DNA of 32,439 bases from Paraglomus brasilianum. Taxonomy: Eukaryota. Of this stretch, positions 22,043-32,439 are shown piece by piece. The stretch is taken from assembly GCA_910592345.1 (NCBI GenBank), contig CAJVPI010000376.1, positions 1 through 32,439 on the forward strand. The letters are read 5' to 3'. Below the pieces are notes generated by a model, which was not told where the DNA came from, did not search any database, and worked only from the letters and a program-made list of their open reading frames with translations. Within the stretch, counting starts at the first letter, position 1, and every line of letters begins with the position of its first letter. Both the position numbers and the translations under genes were made by a program.

Positions 22043-23166
22043 TTAAATATCATAGAAATCAACATGTGATCCAGACTCGTACGAATCGCTGAGGATAAGG
22101 TTGACAAGCTTTTTGGCCGAATCAGACATGTTCACCAATTGACCCTATCAATAGGACATTGAATATCATTGTGTCGCAATATCATATATCGACCAAGCCT
22201 TCATCTTATATGTTACCTTTTCGAATCCCTCCCGAAGCTTTTCCCTTTGGTCATCATCTCCGATTGTATTGCGCACGAGAGCCTGCATTTCATTATCTAA
22301 CGGACCAGGCGCGTAGTTGAGTGTTTTTGTATTATTGCCTTCCTAATAAAAAAAAAACCAAAACCTTTTAAGTAACAAATCATCAACGATACTATCACTG
22401 CGTAGGTAGCAATCGAATATATGTGTTTTCGTCATTACCTCTTCGAGCGCGATCACTCCGATAAGCTGGTCTCTTGCTGCTTTCGTCATGCAATAAGTTC
22501 CCCAATAAGCGCAAGGTTGAGTGGCGTACAAGGAAGAGATGTTGACTATAACTCTCTGGTTGGTAGACGATACCGGAATCAATTTGAGAAACATGGAACT
22601 GAAACAAAGATATTGCTGAGCATAAAACATCCATAATACTTAGAGGTAATGCTATTGTTGATGCCTTATAATGACCTTACCACAATGCAACAAACGATGT
22701 TACATTAACATCTAAATGTCTTTTTGCTTCCTTCCAGTTGTAATCTTTAACAGTGACTGATAGATCTCCAAGAGTTCCAGCATTGTTTATCAGAATGGAT
22801 TTTGAGAATGTGTTGGACTTTATCAGTTCCTGTATGGAAATGGTTATTAGATTACATGCATACGACAATGCAATGGTGATGCTAATTCATTGCTTAATTA
22901 ACCTCAATCGCACTAGATACTGCTCCGATATTCTCATCCAGATTGTCGATATTTCCAAGATCGAAATTAGCAACAGTCGATACATGCACGCTGTCATTTT
23001 CAATACTCTGGGCGGTTGAGCGTAACTGCTCTCGATTTCTACCAATTAATACCAATGATAATTTGACATTTTTTTTGGTAGTTATGGTTGATGCATATGT
23101 TAGGGCTATCTCTCTGCCAAAACCCCTATTAGCGCCGACAATAATGCACAAGTGATGACCAGTCAT
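22043..23166 (-). CDS. SPR: Sepiapterin reductase-type short-chain dehydrogenase, 266 aa
   Basis: Exons 22903-23166, 22681-22829, 22439-22598, 22217-22342, 22043-22144 (801 nt). Motifs GANRGFG, LINNAGTLGD, VNISSL, YCMTK (YxxxK), LNYAPGPLDNEMQ and C-terminal SGSHVDFYD. Confidence 0.88.
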
Positions 23167-23218
23167 AATTATTTGCGTGGGAAGAACGAAATGGGAAATG
23201 GGTTATCTTATGAACATT

Positions 23219-23226
23219 GTCACGTG
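23219..23226. promoter_or_regulatory. E-box GTCACGTG ~55 bp upstream of the SPR ATG
   Basis: Matches the RTCACGTG Cbf1/USF-type core. Function is inferred from position. Confidence 0.4.
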
Positions 23227-24317
23227 GTTAGTGTGATACCAGAATAAGGTTATTGTTCTTAAATTTACGTTACGAGAGTTTGTTCTTAGCAGATCCCACA
23301 ATTCTTTATTTTCCAGTATCTTTTTTCAAACAAGTCTACCTTCATTTGGATGCCATCACCTTTCATTGTGTGTATTGCAAGAAAGTAAAACATAAATCAT
23401 AGTTTTTGTTTCATAAACTTTCGCTTGATGCTTGCTCCACAAGTTTACCTGCTTGACCTAAGTTGCAGCCAATAAAAAAGTTATAACAGGTTATTTCGTT
23501 TTGTCGAGTCAACTATTGCATGAGAGTAATTGCTCGCAAACCTTGGGATTGGCTATTTTAAACGGAGCTGTGGCTTCTCTAATACAATAAAGTTAGTCAG
23601 GCTTTACTACTCACGACCTAAAGACGCTAATCCTTGGATAGTTATTCGCCCTCGAGTTAGTCGTTCCAGTGGAATGAGAAGCCTGTGGGTTATAGGGTAC
23701 GAGTTTTCATTTAAAGCGAATAGCAATGAGACAGAACAAGAAACGAATATTATAGGTGATTATTCAGGGAACGAATGATCAACAATGTACTTCAGAGTAT
23801 ACAGAACTAATCGCTTATTAGAAAGGAATATTAATTAAACATTAAGGAAAATTATATGAATTTAGCGAAATATCACGCTTCTTATATATTTATCTTAGCT
23901 GTAACTTTTCTCTGTGCGTGTCAATACTAACCTACTGCTAATTAGTATAATAACACTGCACTGTATAGCGCTGATCCTAAAAGCCTGTGTCACCAGTGGA
24001 GCTTGCGCGGAAAGAGCCAATGGAATTATTCAAAAAACGTGTTTCATAGTCTACTGATTACCTTTGAGTAAAGTTATAGGAACATCAGTGCTATTTTTAT
24101 TGCAATTTAAAAGCTAAATAAATACGAGCAAAGTTAAAAAGCAATGTGAATACTTTTTGCAGATCCATGTGTGAAAAATGGCACAACTCCTCCGTAACAA
24201 TGGTAACTAATAAAAGAGGCAGGTCACGGGATACAGTTATGCAGAACAGCACCATCAGCAGTCCTTTGATTTGATTGAGAATATCTTCTTCTCTTTGGAT
24301 TAATACTTACATTTCAA

Positions 24318-25727
24318 ATGCCGCGAGGTATCTCCGTCTCAGCCGATCTTAGACAATTACTTTACAATGCTAAATATTCAGACATATCCGTAGTATGCTC
24401 TGATGGAGAGCTACCAGCTATCCGTTCCATCCTTGCAGCACGCTCCGAGGTGCTCGACAATCAACTTTACTCATCATCCACAACCACATCCACTATATCG
24501 TTCCCGGACATAAAAATCTCTGCCATGAAAGCGATCCTAGAGTTTTTGTATACGGGTGCAATCGGCGATAACGTGCTAACAATCGACAATGCGATCGAGA
24601 CATACCACGCGGCCGATTGCTTTCAACTAACTCCATTAAAAGATGATATTGTGTTGTACGTTCGAGAAACTCTAAAAGACTCTCATATCGATTTGGCTGC
24701 CAAACTATTGTCAGAAGCAGCAGAGAAGATGCAGTCTAGAATAGACAATCCTCTCTTCAAACTGCTTTCGAAGCGAGTGGCTGCAACTCCGCTTCACTCG
24801 ATTCGCTACGATAGACTCAATTCGGAAGCACTGCAAGTACTATTATCTCAAACATTGAACAAAAAGGATGAATTCTTTGCTACACCCGAATACGGCGTAG
24901 TCAGATATGTTGTCTTGTGGTCGGCTAATACAGTCTCTCCCAAAGCACTGAAATTTTATGATACCCATCTTCCAACAACGGAATCCATTGAACGTAGTAT
25001 TCCCAAGGAAGCATTGTCCGAAGCAGCATTGTCTGACCCTGGATACACAGACTCCAAAGACCAAATGACAAAGCTAATAACACCGATTGCCAAGAATATA
25101 GACTTGAGCTTGCTCCATCCGGACGTTATTGCGAATATCATTGAGCCGTTGGACATCTTTCCCGCGCGTAAACTACTTGAAGCTTATCGTTTCCATTCAA
25201 CGAACAAGATCTTTAGTAACGATCGTCGTGGTTTGCCTCCATTCCGCTGGGATCGTTCGTTCTGTGGTAATGGCCTTGTGCTTAGTGATCAAGGCACGGT
25301 TGTTTCTGCGCCACCCACCGTGACATTACATCAATCTGTCCGGGCGGTAAATTGTTTTTCAAGTCCTAGAGTGTATGAATGGGATGTCGTTATTGAAGAA
25401 ACCTGTGGATGGGCTTGGGTAGGTATAGTTGATTCTAATGAGGAACAGATCGATTATCAAATATTTCTTGGAGGACAGAATGGTGCATGGATATTGGGGA
25501 GTAATGGATCGTCCTATCATGAGAAGTTGACCAAACAGCATGTAGTGCCATCTTTTGAATCGAATGGAACGACAGTCACTGTGCACTTGGATTTGAGGAG
25601 GAAAACTATGGCTTTTTCGATTGACGGGACAAAGCATCCGGAAGCCTTTACAAATTTGCCAGATAAAGTACATCCCGCAGTGTCATTAGTTGGGAGTGGG
25701 AGATTTAAGATTTTGCCACATATGTAA
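24318..25727 (+). CDS. BTB/POZ-(BACK-like)-SPRY/B30.2 protein, single exon, 469 aa
   Basis: N-terminal YSDISVVC..ILAARSEVL..ILEFLYTG..AADCFQL (BTB). C-terminal FRWD..LVLSDQGTVV..YEWDVVIE..WVGIV..VTVHLDL..MAFSIDG..PAVSL (SPRY). Confidence 0.9.
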   Translation: MPRGISVSADLRQLLYNAKYSDISVVCSDGELPAIRSILAARSEVLDNQLYSSSTTTSTISFPDIKISAMKAILEFLYTGAIGDNVLTIDNAIETYHAADCFQLTPLKDDIVLYVRETLKDSHIDLAAKLLSEAAEKMQSRIDNPLFKLLSKRVAATPLHSIRYDRLNSEALQVLLSQTLNKKDEFFATPEYGVVRYVVLWSANTVSPKALKFYDTHLPTTESIERSIPKEALSEAALSDPGYTDSKDQMTKLITPIAKNIDLSLLHPDVIANIIEPLDIFPARKLLEAYRFHSTNKIFSNDRRGLPPFRWDRSFCGNGLVLSDQGTVVSAPPTVTLHQSVRAVNCFSSPRVYEWDVVIEETCGWAWVGIVDSNEEQIDYQIFLGGQNGAWILGSNGSSYHEKLTKQHVVPSFESNGTTVTVHLDLRRKTMAFSIDGTKHPEAFTNLPDKVHPAVSLVGSGRFKILPHM

Positions 25728-26027
25728 TTTATGGATTCGGTAGAGACTAGCGAACGGGAGCGGTTGGATGTTGATTTTCGATATAATTAATTAGAATAGT
25801 ATTATAAATATGATGAATTTGATTTATTAACATTCAACTAGTGTTATTGAAATGAATTCTGGTCAAAAATATAATATGTTGGCTAGAAGCATTTTGTCGA
25901 ATAGTTTGCTATCCGTAGTGAGAGAATCGTAGTAACTCATGTGTATATATGGGAAATACCTTTAATGGTATTTTCTCTTTTGTTTTGTCGAGTTAAATTT
26001 TACTCAGTTTGCTTGGTCACATAGATT

Positions 26028-28554
26028 CTACTTTTCTCGTGTGTTTTCATTCTCTTCTTCAAGCTCCTCTCCCTCATCCACAGCCTCTTCCTCTGCTTCA
26101 AATGCATTGAGTGGGACTGCATACAATTTTATGGCAGACTATGAAATAATCGGAAAGATTAGAAGACGGGAGAGTTTAAAAAACACAATTATGTGACGGT
26201 AAATTATATATAGCCGCCCAATATATTAACTCTTGTCGATCACTGACCTTATTTGGATCCTTCAACAGTACATACTTCCCATCAGGTTGTTTCATACATA
26301 GATCAACTATTGTCCTCACTATCCCCCATCCATTGGATGTAACTAGATTCATTTGATCTGTGAAATCACGTGGTTTATATGTATGTGTGCCAAGGATAAC
26401 ATGCCGACGGGCGTCCTTTGGACTAGCGCGTGAAACGTATCTAAAATTGAACGCATCATTTAGCAAATGCTTATCGAAGGGGAAAAAAAAGAATACTAAC
26501 GATTAGAAAGTAGCGACCTACCCTAACTTCATCTGATCGACGCCAGCCAATATACTCTGGACAGCCCATCGAGCAAGCTTACAGCTGTTATTCTTCATTT
26601 CAGTAGCAACAACTGCTCCGCGCTGTGCATCCAATGTTTGTCGCCAATCCAAGGCACCAGCAGCTCCTTGTGCACGAGAATCAAATTCGTTCAATGCTTT
26701 AATAGTGATCATCGTATTATCACCACTGGATGACTTGGCGAATGCATCAACTTGTGTCCGAATAATAAGAGTCACATTCTCTTCTGCTTTTATGCTTAAA
26801 TTAAATTTACGGTATCGATAGGCACATGGAGCCATGTCATCAACTTCCTCGGGTGAAGCAGCGAATGGATTTGATTTTTCAAATTCTATTCTGTCTGCCT
26901 GCAAGAACAAAATGTTCCAGTCAAAAATACATTCAGAACGACTTGCAAGAGCGTTTGATAGGCGGCAGGTCATACCTCGTTTAATCCTTGAACAGCAAAG
27001 CAATGATTGATAAGTGCTGCTTCTATAGCTAATGCACTGGGCGAATTAATGCTATCCTTATCGGCGCTCTCCATTGGTGGGTCAGCTGCATTCTCATTGA
27101 CAGTGAACAAATCTACAATGTAGAAGATGCCTTACCGTTAGCATGTGAATATCATATCGAGATTAATAGTTACATATAATTTTCTCTACCATATAGTCCA
27201 GTATCTCGTCTGTCAAAGAAAAGTTGGTTGCCCGTTTTATTAATGACTATATCCCACGGATACACCGACCTCGTTGCACACATCAGGACGCTAAGAATGG
27301 TATCGGTTGCAAAAATTGTCGCCGCTTTATTTTTGGCCAACTGTCACAAGTAAGTTTTATCAGCATGATTGTTATACTATTACAAGCAAAATAACACGGA
27401 TTGGAATACTTTACCTGTTCGATAACAGGATCCTTCGATGTGGTCACAAAGATTCTTACTCTTTCGGTCGATCGCAGAGGCCTTTCTGTCTTTGTAGAGA
27501 TACGATCATATGACTTGTCGTACGCATTCAAATATCCATGGGATGAACTGAAATAAAACAAAATTAAATAAACATTCTCAGTACATACTCCCGGGTAACA
27601 TATGAGAACTAACTATCTCTTCAAGTCATTTACACACATATTATCAACATCTTCCTCATCATCGACGTCTAAATTGAGTTTGGAAAGTCGATTGAATTCG
27701 ATTTCCTCAAGTAGTTTCCATTCAGGACTTACGTTGACGGACGCATCACGAATACGTTGCGGCTATATATACGATCAAAACTATCGTAAGCAATACTGAA
27801 ATCAATAGACGCAAGCCAAACAATTTAACAATCTTTTTTTTTTCAGGTTTACCTTGTCATAATCCTTGTATCCAAAGCGACGCCGTACGGCTGTAGCGGT
27901 GTTCTTTCCTCCCATATGTCTACCACCAACACCAAATCGAAATTGATTATAATTAGACCTTTGCTGTCGCTGCTGCTGTCCTCGTAAACCCCCTCGATTC
28001 TGCCAATGTGCACGTCAATGACCAATGGTTAGACCAAGACGAACGAGTACGTCAAAACAAGTTTCTTCTACCTTGGCACCTCCAGTCGTCCGATACTGAG
28101 CCTTCTTTTGCGCCGTTGATCGATTGTCGACTACAGAAAAGGAGGCTTCATCTTCTGCATGGGTATACGCAAAGGCACTAGATACACCACTACCATATGC
28201 AGTGTATTGATGATCTAAATAATAATAATAAAAATTTTTAGACAATGAAAAATCGTTTCAAGTTCCAGCATAATCGCGAAAGAACATACCGCGGTAACCA
28301 CGGCCAGCCCTTTGTCTGCCAGTAGCTTCTTTCTCTCTCTGATCGGGTGTTGACCAATCAGCAATTCTGCCCAGTTTATCTGCTTTGCTGTATGGTGCAT
28401 ACGGTATGTCCCTAAATTGTTCAGGAAGCATTACAGGAGACGGGCCCCATCCATTCTCGTTGTCAATTATTTCTGGAAGAGTAAATGCGCGACCTGGTTT
28501 TACATGGCCATTCTCGTCCGTAGTTTCTGAACTTGTAAACGCAGGATCTGTCAT
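26028..28554 (-). CDS. EIF3D: Eukaryotic translation initiation factor 3 subunit D, 593 aa
   Basis: Ten GT-AG exons (28290-28554, 28072-28214, 27853-27999, 27638-27762, 27415-27547, 27190-27340, 26976-27112, 26522-26898, 26248-26440, 26028-26138; 1782 nt). Motifs [56 protein letters not shown]. Confidence 0.96.
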
Positions 28555-29544
28555 TATATGATCTGCAGAAATGAGAAAAAAATAAGTCGTCTAGGTTTTA
28601 AGTTCAGGAATTTTTTCCGTGTCCCGTGATTAAGATCTCATCAAATCACGTTATCTGCAATATCTCAGAAGGAATACGCGTTCTAATTGGATTATAATTG
28701 TATGTCTTACTTGTTGTCTGAACAAACAGAAAAATTAACAATTTTATGGCTTAGTTACAATATGTGTTTCGATCAAACCACTTTTATTAATAGAAATAGT
28801 AATAATTTTGGAAACGGATTGATACATTTCGGTGAGTGCTGTGAACCGCAGGGGGCTCCTAAATAAAAGACAATCGAATTGCATCAGTTGAGACTAAATC
28901 TAAAAGCCAGTTTCCTTGAAATTGGTGCAACACTTAAATAATCATTACTTATAAAAAGGATGCTAATTTTCAATTTGCTTTACATGTCGCATAAATATTT
29001 TCAATAAATTGACCTGTACGTGTCTGAATTATAATGTCAAACCAATTATATGCCAATTCATTTTAAAAGCATTGGTGTAGCATTAAAAATACTCTAACAT
29101 TCGATAGCATTCTCATGTATTTCAATGAATAGGTTAGTCACATTCGAGGAGTATAAATTGCAGCTATGGATTCACCAACTGTCAGCGTACAAAGTGAATC
29201 AAATTGAGTGTTGAAAATAATTAATTTATTCCAATTGTTCGCGGAATTGGATTAATATTATTTACACATACTAATACATAATTTTAGCTAGGCGAACGTA
29301 ACTTCGTCACTCTACTCTCTCAATCATTCGATTGCTTAGGATCAATTGAGCTAATCTCCACCACAATTGCCGGATAAGTTGCTCTGCTGATATGAGGTTT
29401 CAGGTCCAAGAAGATATGTGGATCCCGTTCAGTGTAAGGCAAATTGCATATGAACGTCACAGTGGATCTAATGAATAAATTACGGAGTGTACGGTTTTCG
29501 CTTGCAAAAAGGAGAAACCCAAACGTTTAGTACTACTAAAGAAG

Positions 29545-29564
29545 TACTCTACTCTACTCTACTC
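29545..29564. repeat. (TACTC)n microsatellite
   Basis: TACTCTACTCTACTCTACTC read directly. Shorter ACTCTACTCT copies occur at ~8177 and ~29309. Confidence 0.7.
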
Positions 29565-31149
29565 ACAGACTCAGCTGTCGTTCAATCGTATTAATACGCA
29601 TGCGTCTGCTGACTGATGCATATACGATTCAATAAGAATGAAAATTATACATTCAGAAGATATGTTATGAGCCAACGGTAAACGCACATTTAGAGACGAG
29701 ATTATTGACGTTGCTATCACTATTAGTATATGCGCTGACATTATTTGTAGATCAACTAGCCAAGATTATATAAAAATCTGTTTAGAAAGATGAAGATACG
29801 GCCTGTCAAATTTTTAATTTACTCTAAGAATTGCTATGTAACTCTAACACAATTATGTATAGCTATCAGCACTCGAAAAGCTTGCCTCACTATTTAATAG
29901 AGCTATACAATTGACATAACGCAAACCAAAATATAGATATTGATTCGATATGCTTTAACTATTACCGTTTTATATGTTAACTGAAACCCGAAAAAGTTGT
30001 CAAGGCTTTAGTTATTATGTACTAATAGTACTCGCGTATTGCAATTATATCCTTTACCTTGTGTGTAAAATTGGTACTGGTCACGTCGGTTTTTTACACA
30101 ACTTTGACACCAAACCAAATCACCAACCACCCATTTCATAGATCATAACTCATATTCTACACAATAGCGTGGTTACGTCCCCCAATTTTAAGCGGAAGAC
30201 ATCACAATAACTATTAATACGAGGGGCAAAATATCACAAGTGATTGAAGAGAGTAAAATAATTTGCTACCGTACTATGTTCAATTCAATTCCGTGCGGCT
30301 CACGCACACTTGTTGGAATGACATGGAAAAATACCTTATTTATTATTCAGTCTAACAGCTCAATATATTCCACATACAATTGCGCGGCTAAAAATCAAAG
30401 TCGCACTTTCTACTCGCTGTGAGACCAACTTGGTAGTTGGTTCATGAGCTTTTTTTTTCCGACAGTCTGTTCTCGAAGACGTTCTATTATTGCAAGCGAG
30501 AACATGACTGTTTTTGGGCAAGATGTCTCTTTGCGAATCATCCAATATAAGAAAAATGAAGGGGAAAAAGCTCAAGATTTATGGCCGGCGAGAAGCGATG
30601 CTCAGTAGTTAATGCAAAAAGCCAAAAACTAATGTGTTTAATGCCATGCTCTCACATAAACTTTATGTGTCTATAGCGATACAATACAAAAAGAAGAAAT
30701 TCAAGAAGCTTCCAGAACGATAGATCAAACTTTACAAGTATCAGGAACCAAAGAGTCTCATCTAGTGTACATTCAAACCCAAACTATCCCCGTATGTGGC
30801 GGTAGCGCTTTGATACTCAGAATAGAGCGTAAGCGTTTATAAGCAAAGAATAAACCGAATTTTACTTCAATAAAGCATAAATCATGACCATCGTGATGTA
30901 TGCTGTGCAATAATGAATACTTCTTAGTTTACGTATTTATTGAAAAATAGATATCGGACCCGGTGCTTATACGAATTACTTGTTAATACGCAATAAGTTT
31001 GTGATCATTGTTCCTAGGTCACGCATGAATAGCATCGACCGTAATTGTCTTCATAATGACTTGAACGGTGTTCGGCGAGGGGACATAATTTCATATTTAA
31101 GATGCAACATACAGTACAGTTTAGTAGAGTATATCAATTAATGTTCGCA

Positions 31150-32439
31150 TTAACGATAAATGAAATATGTGTTATTAGGATAATAATATTGCCTATAATT
31201 AATCTTTTTTACACCAGTTGGAAATGTTTCAATTTTCAGGTCACGTTCCATAATATCTAACTTTTCTTCCGAATATAAACAAACCCAATAAAGATATACA
31301 CGTTGCTAAATAAAGTTAAAGTTAGAATAATTGAACACATATGCACACTATGTCAATGAATAAATAAACCATACTCACATTGATAACAAAGTCTATAACA
31401 ATGTCATCTTCAGACAAAACGTTAACCGCGCATGGTAAAATGTATTCAGTCTGGTAGCCAGTATATTCAATATCCGTCTCATATTGTATTTCTTCAGTTG
31501 ATGTTTTTATTGTTGCCTACAAAATAAAAACCAAATTTTTATGCTCATTATACAATTAAGATTAAAATACATATTTCGATACTTACCATCATTGTAATTG
31601 TTGACTTCAATTCATTCCACAAAAAAATGCTGAGTTTGTATTTATTTGGAGGTACTTGGAATATGGGTATTGTTACCTAATATACAATCGTTTATTAATT
31701 AATATTCACAACATTGTACAAAGCGTTAGACTATTTATATTGTATTGATAATTAACCACTTACTTTATTATTTGCACGAAAGCACAAACATCCCTCATAT
31801 CTATTAAATAATAAACATTAGTAATAGTATAATTATAACAAATGATTATTATAAATACTCACATATCGCATCTACTCCTATCTTCAATGTGACTTTCAAA
31901 TGCAAAATGTGCCTTCAGATGACCTATAATAATAATAAATATAAAGTAGTTTAGTATGCATAATAATATAATATATAAATTTATGCAATCAAGTGTAACC
32001 CCTTACCTTTGTGCATATAGTATACTTTTTCATAGAACGCCTTTATATTGTTATACTTTTTATGCCAAGTTACAGCCGTGTTGTACCATCTGGTGTAATC
32101 ATCTGTTCCATACTGATGGTTACACAGTGATTGCCATTGATCAATTTTATCTAACATATTAATATCAATTGATTTATGAGAACAACTATCCACAAGGAGT
32201 TTAAACCATTGCACATCAAAGTGCTCAAGTTTGTTTACATATTCATTAATAACATCAAATGCCTGTATTTGCCAATATGGATGACTAATATGTCCAATAT
32301 CTTGTTCAGCTCCTTTCTTATTCCCCAAACCTACATGTGCCACTAAACTTAAATACCAAGCTTCACTATAAACCTTGTTTACTTCAATTGCTGTCTCAAT
32401 ATCAAACAGGGCTTTGCCAAAATTTTTCATATCCAATTT
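31150..32439 (-). CDS. 3' part of a multi-exon TPR-like repeat protein with an unknown beta-rich C-terminal region; 5' end outside window
   Basis: Exons 32007->32439, 31863-31923, 31764-31800, 31587-31676, 31379-31516, 31150-31305 are frame-consistent with strong GTAAG/GTGAG donors. TPR-like segment NFGKALFDIETAIEVNKVYSEAWY..AHVGLGNKKGAEQD. Confidence 0.7.

Noticed and set aside
23530..23778. 82-aa ORF between SPR and BTB-SPRY
   Set aside because: Non-ATG start, no motif and no splice support.
24843..25673. Several overlapping ORFs inside BTB-SPRY
   Set aside because: Alternative-frame or antisense shadows with no protein-like features.
5412..28554. Minor (U12) spliceosomal introns, known from AM fungi
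   Set aside because: No RTATCCTT donor in any modelled intron; all look U2-type GT-AG.
29330..29450. Minus-strand YPAIVVEIS resembling a Uma2-type nuclease motif
   Set aside because: Single short match without the upstream PD motif or a supporting frame.

Overview
Eukaryotic, AT-rich, intron-rich fungal DNA. The gene families (TKL-type kinase with WTSGN/EWIPF repeats, F-box/LRR, SEL1-repeat, BTB, TPR) point to an arbuscular mycorrhizal fungus (Glomeromycotina; inference). The left half (1-19.8 kb) is mostly accessory and decayed. It holds a 5'-truncated multi-exon kinase with degenerate catalytic motifs, a full-length but dead pogo-type DNA transposon (TIRs + TA TSD), an orphan TIR end, an apparently intact 10-exon gene for a putative PD-(D/E)xK-fold nuclease with a GC-rich repeat in intron 1, a second pogo fragment, an F-box/LRR gene, a pseudogene fragment, a 160-bp MITE, RPB4, a cryptic Sola-like transposase fossil and a frameshifted SEL1-repeat gene. 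The right half carries conserved genes (PNP1, sepiapterin reductase, BTB-SPRY, eIF3d) and the 3' end of a TPR gene. Two window-wide patterns stand out: a sharp CpG-rich versus CpG-free mosaic whose CpG>TpG/CpA changes hit catalytic codons and a TIR, and an RTCACG motif 50-100 bp upstream of six start codons. No tRNA, rRNA or CRISPR was seen. All splice models were assembled by hand from GT-AG sites and frame continuity; family calls rest on motif recognition, not database searches.
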